From positions 1 to 49,497 of IMG/VR virus record IMGVR_UViG_2660238070_000012: a stretch of DNA of 49,497 bases; one strand, 5' to 3'. A program made the position numbers and the translations under genes. Positions 11,739-22,650 of the stretch are shown here, piece by piece. The stretch's first letter is position 1; each line of letters opens with the position of its first letter. The DNA is from a virus (taxonomy: Duplodnaviria; Heunggongvirae; Uroviricota; Caudoviricetes). The notes under the pieces were generated by a model. It had not been told where the DNA came from. It ran no database searches and worked only from the letters and a program-made list of their open reading frames with translations.

Positions 11739-12200
11739 TCACGTACTCGGATCATCTTTCTCGATGTAAAACCGATTCCACGTAAACGCGCTTTTGTTAC
11801 CACTACCGCGAGGCATGTCATTTCGCCGCTCAAGTGGTGGTATTTTGGTTAAAGCGATACAGATTGTCTGATATGCACAGTCAGCAGCGGTAAGGAGAGC
11901 ATCCGACGGCTGAATGACGTTATCCATGCACACTTGCACAGCGAGTTTCAAAGCGACGCCATCATTTGCCCATGCAGGGATACCTGAATCATCGTCAGGT
12001 AACGGCATGATGCCGTTTTCTGTATCAGCAAACTGATACCCAAGCTCGATACCTTTCGCCTGCCATGCTGCCATCATGTCTTCGAGGTCATTAATGGCAT
12101 CTTCAATTGCCTGAGGGTCAGCATCTGTCAACGTGGCATTGGAATACAGCCCGGCTTTTCGTAAAGCCTTAAGAACGAGATCACCCTTCGTTTTCGCCAT
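11739..12200 (-). CDS. Tail adaptor protein, P22 gp4-like
   Basis: 153 aa. Position between coat and gp10-like gene. Confidence 0.7.
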   Translation of the reverse strand: MAKTKGDLVLKALRKAGLYSNATLTDADPQAIEDAINDLEDMMAAWQAKGIELGYQFADTENGIMPLPDDDSGIPAWANDGVALKLAVQVCMDNVIQPSDALLTAADCAYQTICIALTKIPPLERRNDMPRGSGNKSAFTWNRFYIEKDDPST

Positions 12201-12369
12201 CTTCTTCCGCCTTAGCCACTTTATGCTTCGTTGCGGTTTCTTCAGGAGTTTTTACCCAACCTTTTTTCAGGTGAGATTTAACTTCTTCGTCATCAACAAT
12301 GATGTAATCGACAGCAAACTGACCACAGGTGATCATGTTGCCAGGCTTATAGAGCATTGTTCGTGCCAT
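12181..12369 (-). CDS. Hypothetical small protein between coat and gp4-like gene
   Basis: 62-aa ORF from the ATG at 12369 with GGAGAA RBS (MARTMLYKPGNMITCGQFAVDYIIVDDEE...). Confidence 0.45.
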   Translation of the reverse strand: MARTMLYKPGNMITCGQFAVDYIIVDDEEVKSHLKKGWVKTPEETATKHKVAKAEEDGENEG

Positions 12370-12410
12370 TGTCTTCTCCCAATAAAAATGGGGCCGAAGC
12401 CCCACCAAAA

Positions 12411-13664
12411 TTACTGCCCGGCAATAACGATGCCCGTATATTCAGGAACAAGTACAGAGCAACCGTACAGAGTGGTGAAACGCGCAGTGGTTACGCCTTT
12501 GATGTGGTCGAAGGCGTAAGACATGATCAGCGTAGCGCCCTGCTCGGTGGTTGCTGTCATTACCTGTGGACCCTGACCAGTCGGGAACGCCAGTTTGCCG
12601 TACATCAGCTCAACAGAACCATCAGCCCAGAACAGGTTAGCAGGTGCTGCGTTCTTGTTGAGAATGGTGATTGCTGCTGATTCTGCCGGTTTGGCATCGA
12701 CGTTTGCATATGGACGACTCGCAACATCAGTATTTTCAACAGGGAGAATCTTTGGAGAAATTGTTACGGTAGTTCCGCTAACAGCCAGAACACGGAATAC
12801 CTGCGGTTGACCGGTGGTATCTTTTGTGATCTGGTGTACGGAATTCACACCGGCAATGGTGAACGCATCACCAACCTGCAAGCCAGATGCAGATACCGTA
12901 ATAGTCCCCTGTCGGTTATCAACTGGCATACCATTTGAATCTTTCGCTTCAACCCTGTGTTCAGGTTGGCCTGATACTGTCAAGGGTTCAGCGCTTCCTT
13001 TCGGTAATCGACCAGAAATATCGGTCTTGTAGCTATCAAAGGAAGCAACCGGAGGGATCTGCGCTTTTTCGTATGCTGTCAGGGTTGCGCCCTGAGCATA
13101 AGCACGGTGACCAAGCTCGCCAGCAAGGTCTTTATAGTTGAAGGGGTTCCAGAAAGAGCGACGGTTGATACCCTGAGGTACACCAATCGCCGTCATGGTG
13201 GCATCAATACCTGCCGCACAGTTCCACAAATCACGGCCCTGTGTACCTGTGGTTGAGTCAGCCATCGTGATCACGTTAGTAGCACGCTGCGTGACCATGG
13301 AAATCAGGTCAGAGTCAATCTGTGCAGCAAGGCGCATACCTGCGGCGCGACCAGCTTCAGTTTTATGTTCCGGATCACGCATTTCACGCGCATCCAGAGT
13401 GTACAGAATGTTTTTCGGCTCCTTGAACACTGAAGGAACAAGGCGCTGAACCAGTGCTGTTGGCGTTTTGCTGCTGAGGTCGAGGCCTTCCTCAATATTC
13501 ATGTGGTAATGCTGCGGACGATACAGAACATCACCTGCTCGCTGCATTGCTGTATCACCGGGACGGAATTTTTTAGCGTTACGGGAAACTACGCAGGCGG
13601 CCTCAAAGCCTTCAACGTAGTTTTCGAACATGATTTCAAGGTCTTTTGCTAATTGGTTAGCCAT
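12411..13664 (-). CDS. Major capsid (coat) protein, P22 gp5-like
   Basis: 417 aa. Immediately follows scaffold gene. Size and order as in P22. Confidence 0.85.
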   Translation of the reverse strand: MANQLAKDLEIMFENYVEGFEAACVVSRNAKKFRPGDTAMQRAGDVLYRPQHYHMNIEEGLDLSSKTPTALVQRLVPSVFKEPKNILYTLDAREMRDPEHKTEAGRAAGMRLAAQIDSDLISMVTQRATNVITMADSTTGTQGRDLWNCAAGIDATMTAIGVPQGINRRSFWNPFNYKDLAGELGHRAYAQGATLTAYEKAQIPPVASFDSYKTDISGRLPKGSAEPLTVSGQPEHRVEAKDSNGMPVDNRQGTITVSASGLQVGDAFTIAGVNSVHQITKDTTGQPQVFRVLAVSGTTVTISPKILPVENTDVASRPYANVDAKPAESAAITILNKNAAPANLFWADGSVELMYGKLAFPTGQGPQVMTATTEQGATLIMSYAFDHIKGVTTARFTTLYGCSVLVPEYTGIVIAGQ

Positions 13665-13682
13665 GCTTAATGCTCCGATAGG

Positions 13683-14576
13683 TTATTTTTTTGCCTTTTT
13701 AGCGGCGAAATACGGCGTCCAGTCACCAGTTTCCAGCGCCTTGGCTTTCAGTTTGTCGAGGTTATTGATTACTGCGCCGTTGCTCCCCTTAACTGTCGGG
13801 GTTGTGGCTGCCGTGGTTTTTGCTTTTGGCATGATTCTGGCCTTCGATTCGATACGTTCCAGCAGACGACCAATTGCTACGGGGTTGGTAGCTTCTGCCA
13901 GTTGCTTGCGCAGTTCAGCGTTGCGACCGAGTGCCAGAACAACGATTTCCGGCTTCTCTGACTCAAACAGGATCGCGTTTTGTGTCTCGATGGGGATTTC
14001 CTCGAGTACGGCCTGCTCAGCTTCCTGATAGCCAGGAACTTTGAGAGCCTTAACACGTTGCTGATATTTGGATAATCGCTCTTGATAGGCGGCCTGAAGC
14101 TCCTGCTCCTTCTGCTTGCGAGCCATCTCCTGTTGCTGGTACTTGCCGTTATCCTCTGCCCACTTAGCCATGCGTTGCTGATAGATTTCTTCATCGAAAC
14201 CGATGTCCTCATCATCCAGTTTTGGCATTCGCGGTGGTTGAGTGATTACCGGCTGCTGCTCGACGGGTTTCTGAGACTGACGCATCAGCTCTTTCAGCTC
14301 GCGGTCTTTCTCTTTAATCGTCTTGCGCAGGTGTTTTACCAGTCCATGCTCTGCGCTATCTTCGCTGGTTGGCGAATCCAGCTTTTCGTCACCAAAGTAG
14401 AATTCCTGTTCTGATTCGTCGTCATCAGTTTCAGTAGCTTCCTCTGCATCATTGCCGGAGGACTCACTGCCATCTTCTGTTTCGACTTCTTCAGCCAGTT
14501 CGACATCATCAGGAATCTGCTCTGACGCGTCGGTTTCGATTTCAACTTCTGGTGTGTTTTCTGCCATCTGGTCCAT
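13683..14576 (-). CDS. Scaffolding protein, P22 gp8-like
   Basis: 297 aa. Highly acidic N-terminus, charged coiled-coil middle, basic C-terminal helix-turn-helix-like tail. Between portal and coat. Confidence 0.8.
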   Translation of the reverse strand: MDQMAENTPEVEIETDASEQIPDDVELAEEVETEDGSESSGNDAEEATETDDDESEQEFYFGDEKLDSPTSEDSAEHGLVKHLRKTIKEKDRELKELMRQSQKPVEQQPVITQPPRMPKLDDEDIGFDEEIYQQRMAKWAEDNGKYQQQEMARKQKEQELQAAYQERLSKYQQRVKALKVPGYQEAEQAVLEEIPIETQNAILFESEKPEIVVLALGRNAELRKQLAEATNPVAIGRLLERIESKARIMPKAKTTAATTPTVKGSNGAVINNLDKLKAKALETGDWTPYFAAKKAKK

Positions 14577-14666
14577 TTGTTACCCCTGTTTACTCGATGT
14601 TCAGCCCATCGGAAGGCAATAGGGTGCCAGGCCTCATAAAGACAGCCATTGCACGTTATGGGTTAA

Positions 14667-16883
14667 TTACTGCTGTGGTTGTTGCTGAGTTGATTTTTGT
14701 AGGATGCTGCTGATGTCCATGCGCTGCGCATGACCCTGTGCCTGACTTTTCAGGACAAGCTCTGCATCAGCACGGGCATTGTCTCCTTGCTGTTGCTGGA
14801 ACTGTCCGAGCAGTTTCAGAGCCTCGCGGATATCAGATTTCTGCTGACTATCGGCAGATGCGAGGATTTTCACAACATTTGCCGCAGCAACCTGAGCATC
14901 AGTCTGTGCCTGGAATGCTTTAACCTGAATGGCTGCCTGCTCGTTCTGCGCTTTCTGCAATTCAGCCTGACCAGCAAGAAGCTGACCTTGCGCAGCAACC
15001 ATAGCCGGATCTGGCTGACTGGCCTGTTGTTGTTTCGCCTGCTCAACCATCTGCTGTTCTTCTGGCGTTCTCGGCTTGATAACTCCAGACAGAAGCAACT
15101 GATTGCGGTTGTATTCTTTAAGGTCGTCCATCCCTTCGCCGTCCATATTGTCGAGGATCATCGACGATACAAGGTCGTGTTTCGGCGTTCCTGGCGGGAT
15201 AAGTGCCAGCATGGAAAGTAACGACTTAACCGTTGCGTCACGGCGAGTAGCGAACGACTGACCGACATCGACAGTCACTTCATAGTTACCCTGAGAAAGG
15301 TCGTTAAGCGCGATAACCTGCCCTGTCTGACGGTCAACCACTTCACCAGTCATCAGCGCCACGTCATCGCTGCCGTCCTCATTAACGATACGCATCGGCG
15401 TATCACTACCATAGACCTCACGTGCCATAGAAAGCCACACGACGCCAGCGCGGCGCATGGATTTAGCCATGTTGTCCATGTAGATATAGGACTGCGTGTC
15501 CATCCGGTTAAAGATGCTATCAACGGTATCGGTAGCGACGTTGCTAGGCATGTTCTCAAGCTGCGACGCACCTGTAATTTGCTGAATAGCCGTTCCGGTG
15601 TACTGCAATAGCCCGGCAAGAGCTGGCGGCATTTGTGTCGGAGGTGTCCAGCCAGCAACCTGAGCTTCTGAAATGACTGTTCCGTTTTTGTCCTTCTTGC
15701 TGGTCATAGGAAGAACTGCAGGTCTTTTCTTATTCCTCTCTGCCCAGTGATTCATTAATGGGCCGGGAATGAAATCAACATCCACGATAGGAATGCCATC
15801 ACCGCCAGCCTGAGTGGCGTTATCTGCAATCATGGAAACCATCAGGTTCTCAAGACGCTGTGCATCCATCGCTTTTGCTGCGTGGCCTTCGATTCGCTCC
15901 TGATTATCAACAAATGATCGACGCCCATATACCGGGATGAGAGGAATATGTTCGCCCGGAATACGCTTCGGTTCTTCCAGCCATTCAGCGCCAGACAGAA
16001 GACCGCAATAAACTCTGCGTTTCTTCACTGTCCGCTCACCAATCAGTTCGAATGCACCATCGGTCAGCTCGTCGACAATATCTTTGATTTGCTCTTCATC
16101 ATAGATTGCCGTTTCTCCGCTAACAGGATTGCGCCACGCCGTGAGCTTCACCTTCTCTATGCGAACTTCGTAGTAGCGTCCAACATAGATGGCATCAGGT
16201 GTTGACCAGTCATATTGAGTACCAGTGTCATCACGAGAAAGGCTTGCCGCGATGGAATCAGGGTATTCAGCCTCGAACGCTTTGGGCGTCATGGAGAACA
16301 TTTCCATAGCCCACATAGCATCAGAGCGGTCATATTGCTTGCTGTCCTGATCGAAGAAGACGCATGTCGCTGGGTCGTAAACAGGAAGAAGGCTGATGCG
16401 TCGCTGCTCGTTACTCGGATCCATTTCATCTTCGTAATCGGCACACATGCGGAAACAACCGAATCCGCCCGTTACAGCATCATCAAATGCGTTATCACAC
16501 GCTTCGCCACCGGATGTTTCCTGATAGTCAGCGCGGAATTTGCCGTTCATCTTTTCGGCTAACGCTTCCGATGCCTTATCGTCCTTCGGCCTGAATTTAA
16601 CGCTGATGCGATTCTGTCGATACTCGCCAATGATGCGATCACATTCACGGGCAATCTTATTCAGTTCAAAGCGCGGGTAATGCTCAAACCTGCCCTCATC
16701 AAACGAGTAACCAGCGTTTGTGCTACCTTCCCACTGTGCGCCGGACACCCTGACGAAACGTTGAGCCTCAATAATCTGCTCACGCATATCCTGCGTTGCT
16801 GACCAGGCATCATCAAAGTTGCACAGCACCTTGCGATGCCAGTCAGCCATCTTTCTATCATCAGCCATCATCCAACTCCGCAA
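14667..16883 (-). CDS. Portal protein, P22 gp1-like
   Basis: 738 aa (P22 portal ~725 aa) with Gln-rich C-terminal barrel region. Follows terminase large subunit. Confidence 0.85.
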   Translation of the reverse strand: MRSWMMADDRKMADWHRKVLCNFDDAWSATQDMREQIIEAQRFVRVSGAQWEGSTNAGYSFDEGRFEHYPRFELNKIARECDRIIGEYRQNRISVKFRPKDDKASEALAEKMNGKFRADYQETSGGEACDNAFDDAVTGGFGCFRMCADYEDEMDPSNEQRRISLLPVYDPATCVFFDQDSKQYDRSDAMWAMEMFSMTPKAFEAEYPDSIAASLSRDDTGTQYDWSTPDAIYVGRYYEVRIEKVKLTAWRNPVSGETAIYDEEQIKDIVDELTDGAFELIGERTVKKRRVYCGLLSGAEWLEEPKRIPGEHIPLIPVYGRRSFVDNQERIEGHAAKAMDAQRLENLMVSMIADNATQAGGDGIPIVDVDFIPGPLMNHWAERNKKRPAVLPMTSKKDKNGTVISEAQVAGWTPPTQMPPALAGLLQYTGTAIQQITGASQLENMPSNVATDTVDSIFNRMDTQSYIYMDNMAKSMRRAGVVWLSMAREVYGSDTPMRIVNEDGSDDVALMTGEVVDRQTGQVIALNDLSQGNYEVTVDVGQSFATRRDATVKSLLSMLALIPPGTPKHDLVSSMILDNMDGEGMDDLKEYNRNQLLLSGVIKPRTPEEQQMVEQAKQQQASQPDPAMVAAQGQLLAGQAELQKAQNEQAAIQVKAFQAQTDAQVAAANVVKILASADSQQKSDIREALKLLGQFQQQQGDNARADAELVLKSQAQGHAQRMDISSILQKSTQQQPQQ

Positions 16884-18364
16884 GGTATGTTGTAGCTTGA
16901 GTAATCAATCTCTTTAGGATCTTTGATGTCTCGCATCTGTATTGCAAAACGCCTCATCATGTAGCCATAGCGAACAGCAGAAAGGATGTCGTCATTTAGC
17001 TTGACGATCTTCCCGTTCTCATCGCGGTGATACAGGCGAAACTCTTCAAAGAATGGCTCGCAGGTGTTAAATACCTTGAAACGACCGTCGAGCATCATGT
17101 CGCGTATCTCTGCTATCCCGGGTTCGACCGCATTACCTCCATCAGGCCATGTTGCATGATCTGGCAACATATCGAACCCAGCGTCGGCGTATTGTTCCTT
17201 GAGCTGAGCGCCGCCTCCCTTTTCGTGCTGATGCCCGTCATGAGGCCAAGCCGTAGGGGTGTTTTTGCTCCATGCTTTAACAGCACTCCATGCCTCTGTC
17301 GCCTTCTTCTGTTTGGCCTTCCAGACGCGAGAAAGATAAATCACGTCCTCGTCTTTATCCCACCAAAGCTGGATGTGTGCCTGTGGGTGATCCCATCCGA
17401 AGTCCATTGCATTGATGACGTAGAAGTGATCAGGACACTCGAACGGCTGACACTTAATAGTCTCTTCCGGTATCTGGAAGATTCGACCACTACCCATCGT
17501 AGGAATACCGCGAGCACGCGCCTCTCTCTCATGCTCGGGATAGGATGCGATGATTTGCTCTTTCTGCTCGTCGGTGTAGTGCTCAGCGTCATAGATGGTC
17601 ATGTTGACCACTTTCTGAGACTTGCTGGGATTCTTCAGGAACTTGGTAACAACGTCAGACATCCCCATCAGCGGGGTAAACGTCAGGATTGAGAATTGCC
17701 CGTATTTGTTGGTACGGGTAAGACCTTCGCCATAAATGCTGTATGGTGGCTCTTCGTCAAACCACACGCCGTGGATTGTGTCACCCTGCCAGCGAGCACG
17801 GCCTTGCGAGTATGGTTTGAAGTAGCAGATTGAAATGCCATCTTCAACGCCATCAGCCGTGTGATGCTTAACCAGAAGATGATCAACAAGGTTCGGAAAG
17901 AAAGGAGACTTCTTCCAGCTAATGATGTCTTCTTTCGGTATGGAACCGTAGCCTGGCTCACCATTCTCTTCGATGCGACCACACAGGATGCGTTGAGTCG
18001 TTTTGGTTACAGTCTCGTTTGTCTCGCCACCAATCCAAAAGACAACAGGCTCATAAAAACGCTTACCTTTCCACTCACCGCCATATTTACCATCAGCAGG
18101 ATAGCCTTTTGTGCCCGGATAACGCCCGGTAAGGTGAAACGCGACTTCAGCAGCACCAGTAAATGACTTACCAAGCTGGTTACCAGCCATAAAACAGCGC
18201 TCTGGATAGTCATGCCCGGCGTCGATGAACTCACGCTGTTTGCTGTATGGCGTAAATTCATATAGCAGGTGTGTGTTACGGTAGTTCTCTTCTTCTTCGA
18301 GTAGCTCGAGCAATTCGATTTGCTCTTCGTCGCTCAAGTTATCAAGAATCGCGTCCAGTTCCAC
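16868..18364 (-). CDS. Terminase large subunit, P22 gp2-like
   Basis: 498 aa (P22 gp2 is 499 aa). Position between TerS and portal. Confidence 0.9.
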   Translation of the reverse strand: MELDAILDNLSDEEQIELLELLEEEENYRNTHLLYEFTPYSKQREFIDAGHDYPERCFMAGNQLGKSFTGAAEVAFHLTGRYPGTKGYPADGKYGGEWKGKRFYEPVVFWIGGETNETVTKTTQRILCGRIEENGEPGYGSIPKEDIISWKKSPFFPNLVDHLLVKHHTADGVEDGISICYFKPYSQGRARWQGDTIHGVWFDEEPPYSIYGEGLTRTNKYGQFSILTFTPLMGMSDVVTKFLKNPSKSQKVVNMTIYDAEHYTDEQKEQIIASYPEHEREARARGIPTMGSGRIFQIPEETIKCQPFECPDHFYVINAMDFGWDHPQAHIQLWWDKDEDVIYLSRVWKAKQKKATEAWSAVKAWSKNTPTAWPHDGHQHEKGGGAQLKEQYADAGFDMLPDHATWPDGGNAVEPGIAEIRDMMLDGRFKVFNTCEPFFEEFRLYHRDENGKIVKLNDDILSAVRYGYMMRRFAIQMRDIKDPKEIDYSSYNIPCGVG

Positions 18365-18836
18365 GGTTGAATAGCTCCTTGATACGAGAGCGTCGCTTAT
18401 CGCGATCTCCCTTATCAGGTGTCACGTCTTCAACTTGCGACTGCTCTTTGAGGCCCAAATCACGGGCGATGATGTTAGCGTTGAGAAGGTCAGCGGCTGC
18501 GCCAGAGAATTTCTGGTCGTAGATGACTTTCTCCGCTCGCGTAGTGACTCCACAAAAACCTTCATCCGCGCGGAATCTTCGCCATGTTTCATCAGAAATA
18601 TCGAGAAATAAGCACAGCCCGGCGAGTGTCATCGCTCGCATCTTGGCGATAGGCTCTTGTATCACTTCACCCTGATACGAGAACGCCTTCATCTCCCATA
18701 GCGGGTTAGCTTCCACCCACTCGAAGTATTCACAACAAGCAGCCCACAGCGCCTCAGGCGATTCGAATTTAGGATTTCGCCCATGACTACTGCGGGCCTC
18801 CCAAAATCGGTTGCCCTTTGGTGCTGCCATATTCAT
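18342..18836 (-). CDS. Terminase small subunit, P22 gp3-like
   Basis: 164 aa, near-colinear with recalled P22 gp3 ([56 protein letters not shown]...). True start may be the second Met (18830). Confidence 0.85.
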   Translation of the reverse strand: MNMAAPKGNRFWEARSSHGRNPKFESPEALWAACCEYFEWVEANPLWEMKAFSYQGEVIQEPIAKMRAMTLAGLCLFLDISDETWRRFRADEGFCGVTTRAEKVIYDQKFSGAAADLLNANIIARDLGLKEQSQVEDVTPDKGDRDKRRSRIKELFNRGTGRDS

Positions 18837-18865
18837 CTCACTTAGTTGTTATTTCAGGTTGAGCA

Positions 18866-19108
18866 TCATGCTCCGGTGGTGAACAGGTCTAACGCTTCCT
18901 TCGATTTACGCACCGCTTCGATAGTTCGGGTCGTGATATCTGAATTAGCGCCACCTGACTGGAAGTGAATTTTGAATAGCTCAAGCTTCAGTTCGTCAGT
19001 GCCAATGAATTGAAATGCTTCTTCTGCGGCTGCGTTCTGGTTCATGACCAGTTTGTAAATCTCTAACTGGAATTTCTGTTCTTCAGTCATGGGAATAATC
19101 TCTGCCAT
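18866..19108 (-). CDS. Hypothetical protein upstream of terminase
   Basis: 80-aa ORF in the late operon between lysis and packaging genes. Confidence 0.5.
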   Translation of the reverse strand: MAEIIPMTEEQKFQLEIYKLVMNQNAAAEEAFQFIGTDELKLELFKIHFQSGGANSDITTRTIEAVRKSKEALDLFTTGA

Positions 19109-19555
19109 TGTTGGCTCCGTTTATCCGTTAAAAGGGATATCAGTTAAGTTATCCCGTGTAGGGTATAAGCCATTGTCGAGACCACTCATTGAATGGCCTC
19201 TGCAATAACCGATGTCTTTCCATCAGTCCGCCACCACAAAGAATCTTTTTTGCCATAAGGCTGGAGGTTCATCTTTCAGTGGCTGCCAGTGTTATTTCCC
19301 CACTTTCTGGCTTGGGTTGTTTCGCGGTACTGCCGTAACTGGTTGCCCAGAATAAATTCCGGTTTCATTATCAAGCCCACCCGTAGATAGGCTTTGTAAT
19401 GAACTGGCTCTTATCTCAACGCAGCCCCTTACCGCGCGCCAGATGCTCAACTTCAAGCATCAGCAATGAGATGTTTAATCTGGATTCACTCCAGAAGTGA
19501 TCACCACCCTGTCTACAGAGCCAGATGTGAAGGATGATGAGTAAAATTATCGCTA

Positions 19556-20023
19556 TCATCGAAGGCATTGCGTCCTGATGTATTCCTGAAGAGTTCTCAG
19601 TGCTGTTTGGTCGCGGATAATTCCGTCCCGGACACCGAGAACGTTTCGTCCAGCAACTGGAGAGAGTTCGACGGTGGCATCATTGCCCATGCCGGAGGCG
19701 CTGGAGGTTTCGGCTGAGGATGGCACAGGGCATTTTCCTTTGACGAGCACCCTGCCACCATTATCAAGCTTGCGCCGAAGAGCATCATTTTCAGCTTTCG
19801 CATTAGCCAACTCCTTCGTGTATTTTGCATCGAGCGCAGCAACATCACGCTGACGCATCTGCATGTCAGTAATTGCCGCGTTCGCCAGCTTCAGTTCTCT
19901 GGCATTTTTGTCGCGCTGGGCTTTGTAGGTAATGGCGTTATCACGGTAATGATTAACAGCCCATGACAGGCAGACGATGATGCAGATAACCAGAGCGGAG
20001 ATAATCGCGGTTACTCTGCTCAT
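19556..20023 (-). CDS. Rz: Rz i-spanin
   Basis: 155 aa. N-terminal 80 aa match recalled lambda Rz ([73 protein letters not shown]). C-terminus diverges from lambda. Confidence 0.85.
   Translation of the reverse strand: MSRVTAIISALVICIIVCLSWAVNHYRDNAITYKAQRDKNARELKLANAAITDMQMRQRDVAALDAKYTKELANAKAENDALRRKLDNGGRVLVKGKCPVPSSAETSSASGMGNDATVELSPVAGRNVLGVRDGIIRDQTALRTLQEYIRTQCLR
19597..19803 (-). CDS. Rz1: Rz1 o-spanin lipoprotein (embedded in Rz, +1 frame)
   Basis: ATG at 19803 gives [22 protein letters not shown]... with lipobox VAGC and Pro-rich segment. Embedded like lambda Rz1. Confidence 0.7.
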   Translation of the reverse strand: MRKLKMMLFGASLIMVAGCSSKENALCHPQPKPPAPPAWAMMPPSNSLQLLDETFSVSGTELSATKQH

Positions 20024-20496
20024 ACCTCAATCTCTCTGACCGTTCCGCCAGCTTCTTTGAATTTTGCAATCAGGTTGTCAGCCTTATGCTCGAACTGACC
20101 ATAACCAGCGCCCGGCAGTGAAGCCCAGATATTGCTGCAACGGTCGATTGCCTGACGGATATCACCGCGATCAATCATCGGTAAAGCGCCACGCTCTTTA
20201 ATCTGCTGCAATGCCACAGCGTCCTGGCTTTTCGGAGAGAAGTCTTTCAGGCCAAGCTGCTTACGATAGGCATCCCACCAACGGGAAAGAAGCTGGTAAC
20301 GTCCGGCTGCTGTTGATTTGAGTTTGGGGTTTAGCGTGACAAGTTTGCGAGGGTGATCGGAGTAATCAGTGAATAGCTCTCCGCCAACAATGACGTCATA
20401 ACCATGATTTCTGGTTTTCTGTCGTCCGTTATCAGTTCCCTCTGACCACGCCAGCATATCGAGGAACGCCTTACGTTGATTATTGATTTCCACCAT
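20020..20496 (-). CDS. R: Endolysin R (lambda-type lytic transglycosylase)
   Basis: 158 aa, essentially colinear with recalled lambda R ([49 protein letters not shown]...). Confidence 0.9.
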   Translation of the reverse strand: MVEINNQRKAFLDMLAWSEGTDNGRQKTRNHGYDVIVGGELFTDYSDHPRKLVTLNPKLKSTAAGRYQLLSRWWDAYRKQLGLKDFSPKSQDAVALQQIKERGALPMIDRGDIRQAIDRCSNIWASLPGAGYGQFEHKADNLIAKFKEAGGTVREIEV

Positions 20497-20803
20497 CTTC
20501 TACTCCGGCTTTTTTAGCAGCGAAGCGTTTGATAAGCGAACCAATCGAGTCAGTACCGATGTAGCCGATGAACACGCTCGTTATATAAGCGAGATTGCTA
20601 CTTAGTCCTGCGAAGTCGAGAAGGTCACGAATGAACCAGGCGATAATGGCGCACATCGTTGCGTCGATTACTGTTTTTGTAAACGCACCGCCATTATATC
20701 TGCCGCGAAGGTACGCCATTGCAAACGCAAGGATTGCCCCGATGCCTTGTTCCTTTGCCGCGAGAATGGCGGCTAACAGGTCATGTTTTTCTGGCATCTT
20801 CAT
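20480..20803 (-). CDS. S: Holin S (lambda class I holin with dual-start motif)
   Basis: 107 aa, matches recalled lambda S ([62 protein letters not shown]...). Met1-Lys2-Met3 dual start present. Confidence 0.9.
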   Translation of the reverse strand: MKMPEKHDLLAAILAAKEQGIGAILAFAMAYLRGRYNGGAFTKTVIDATMCAIIAWFIRDLLDFAGLSSNLAYITSVFIGYIGTDSIGSLIKRFAAKKAGVEDGGNQ

Positions 20804-20914
20804 GTCTTACCCCCAATAAGGGGATTTGCTCTATTTAATTAGGAATAAGGTCGATTACTGATAGAACAAATCCAGGCTACTGTGTTTAGTAATCAGATTT
20901 GTTCGTGACCGATA

Positions 20915-20960
20915 TGCACGGGCAAAACGGCAGGAGGTTGTTAGCGCGACCTCCTGTCAC
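20915..20960 (-). terminator. Candidate late-leader terminator (tR'-like hairpin)
   Basis: Perfect 8-bp inverted repeat CAGGAGGT...ACCTCCTG (20921-20946) followed on the minus strand by CCGTTTTG. Lies in the Q-S intergenic leader. U-tract is weak. Confidence 0.35.
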
Positions 20961-21239
20961 CCGCTTTCACGAAGATCATGTGTAGAAGGCCGCAGCGTAA
21001 CTATCACTGATGAATTCAGGATAGCCAGTGGCTACGGCTCAGTTTGGGTTGTGGCGACCGGTGCTGATCTCCGGTTTGCTGCAACTGCCTACAGCGGGCT
21101 ACGTGGCCACACCGAATCCAGCGAAAGATCCTTGCCCTTACACATCAGCCTGTGCATTCACCACAACGATAAGAGCACTGCGCGGCACCTTTCACCAATT
21201 CCGCGAGGTCTGCGGGTTCAACGCTCTTACCTGTTGTGC

Positions 21240-21330
21240 AAATAAAAAAAGCCACCGTTGCAACTTAAGAGTCACTAACGGCAGCTTATGCCAATAGTGT
21301 TGCTCATTTGCTCAATGATGTCAACACGTT
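21240..21330 (-). promoter_or_regulatory. Candidate late promoter (PR'-like) and Q-utilisation region
   Basis: TTGACA on the minus strand just downstream of the Q-like gene stop, followed by a GTTGCAAC palindrome and a T-run. Position is as expected for a Q-dependent late promoter. -10 element not clear. Confidence 0.3.
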
Positions 21331-21819
21331 CTATGCTACATGTTTAATTTTCTCTACACGTTTCCGATTTTTAAACGCACTATCCAGAACCGGGTAAATC
21401 ATAAACAACGAGGCATTAAGGATTTCGTCAACTTCCCGTCGACAGGTTGCGAGCGATGGTTTTTGAATGCGCACGCCGCCACGGCATAACATCTTGCGAG
21501 GTCTTGCGACGCGATGATAGTAAGATGCAATGGCGTGCTTGGAAGAGCCATGAGCGTAGTAGCTGAGGAGGATTCCAAAGGCTTTCTTGTCAATGTACAT
21601 GACGGAATCGACGACCTGAGAAATCAACATTCCATCATCATCATTACACATTGGCCTTGTCATAACTCTTCCCGGCTCTACGCTCTCCATGAACTTAGCT
21701 ATTACGCTGCTCATGCGCTTTTCCAGACGACCTGAATAAACCCATGCCCCCCACAGTTCAAGCCAGCCATTCAGCCAATCGTGCTGTTCTTTGGTGAGGT
21801 TTATTTCTCTTATGCTCAT
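21331..21819 (-). CDS. Late-gene antiterminator, Q-like
   Basis: 162-aa ORF immediately upstream of the late leader and holin, after the nin genes. Assignment is mainly positional; it is not lambda Q by sequence. Confidence 0.7.
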   Translation of the reverse strand: MSIREINLTKEQHDWLNGWLELWGAWVYSGRLEKRMSSVIAKFMESVEPGRVMTRPMCNDDDGMLISQVVDSVMYIDKKAFGILLSYYAHGSSKHAIASYYHRVARPRKMLCRGGVRIQKPSLATCRREVDEILNASLFMIYPVLDSAFKNRKRVEKIKHVA

Positions 21820-22004
21820 CGTCTTCCTCTCTTGCCCTGTTTGACCATCAGGACGCCGTTAACTATTACGTGACGCTCACCTTTGCTGTCTCGGTTGTAC
21901 TTGAGCACTGTTCCTCTTGCGCAGGAAAGCATCCTCGCCACTTCGGTCTGATTGCCTCGTGTCTGGATAAGAAGCTCTGGTATCGTTTGAATTGTGGCGT
22001 TCAT
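21816..22004 (-). CDS. ninH: NinH-like protein
   Basis: 62 aa with TIPELLIQTRGNQTEVARMLSCARGTVLKY, similar to recalled lambda NinH (KTIPDMLVEAYGNQTEVARRLKCSRGTVRKY). Confidence 0.7.
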   Translation of the reverse strand: MNATIQTIPELLIQTRGNQTEVARMLSCARGTVLKYNRDSKGERHVIVNGVLMVKQGKRGRR

Positions 22005-22363
22005 ACGTTCTCCAGTTCAGTGATTTTTATTCCAAGCCGTCCGCCTGGTACTTTCACACCACGAATTACGCGAATGTCATCGAATTGCTCGTCGTCTTCC
22101 GCAAATCCGGCGTGGATAAGGGAGTCGAGTAAACCCTTCAGGATGTTATCGAGGTCGCGGCGGCGGGAGTCTGGAACGTCTGCGATGACTTTGATGCGGA
22201 GTCGTGATTTGGTGAAAATGTCTAACTTGAGTTGGTGGATGATTTGCTGAACGTCTTTTCGGTATTTCTGTCCTTTAGCGCTGATGTAGTATTGGCTTCC
22301 CCGTCTTCGCCAGTAGGTGTTCACCGACGGCGGGTAAGGAAGCACAAACTGATATTCGTTCAT
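22001..22363 (-). CDS. rusA: Holliday junction resolvase RusA
   Basis: 120 aa. PYPPSVNTYW, RRRDLDNILKGLLDSL, GGRLGIKITE match the RusA family pattern (recalled DLP12 RusA: PWPPSNNRYY...RRRDLDN...GGRLELTITE). Confidence 0.85.
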   Translation of the reverse strand: MNEYQFVLPYPPSVNTYWRRRGSQYYISAKGQKYRKDVQQIIHQLKLDIFTKSRLRIKVIADVPDSRRRDLDNILKGLLDSLIHAGFAEDDEQFDDIRVIRGVKVPGGRLGIKITELENV

Positions 22364-22650
22364 GACTTAATCTTCCCCTCCTTCAGCAGTATCGCCTGCG
22401 TCCTGATCACGCCTTCGAGGTGGTAAAGTCTGGCGTCTTTGTTGTCGAGATTATGGGTGCGTCGGTCGATCTCCGCGTGGCAGTCACTACAAGCCCATGC
22501 ACCGATCAGGTCGTCAGGCTTCATTCCCGTTCCGCAAATTCCAGCCATCCGGTAATGTGCCAGAACTGTAGTTTCAGGATTACCATTGCATACGCCGTAA
22601 ATACGTACCTGGCATTCTCTGCCGCGCGCTTCTTTGCGTAGGTTAGCCAT
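22360..22650 (-). CDS. Cys/His-rich nin-region protein (YbcO/DUF1364-like)
   Basis: 96 aa with multiple Cys/His (CQVRIYGVC...CGTG...CSDCHAEID). Nin-region position next to rusA. Confidence 0.55.
   Translation of the reverse strand: MANLRKEARGRECQVRIYGVCNGNPETTVLAHYRMAGICGTGMKPDDLIGAWACSDCHAEIDRRTHNLDNKDARLYHLEGVIRTQAILLKEGKIKS

Noticed and set aside
14730-15221. Long antisense ORFs inside large structural genes (for example 14730-15221, 17027-17692, 45491-45910)
   Set aside because: They lie entirely within, and antisense to, well-supported genes (portal, terminase, primase) and have low-complexity or Cys/Arg-rich translations typical of non-coding frames.
21028-21297. Plus-strand ORFs (89 aa and 64 aa) in the Q-S intergenic region
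   Set aside because: They are antisense to the late leader, lack ribosome-binding sites, and lie in a region expected to hold the late promoter and terminator.
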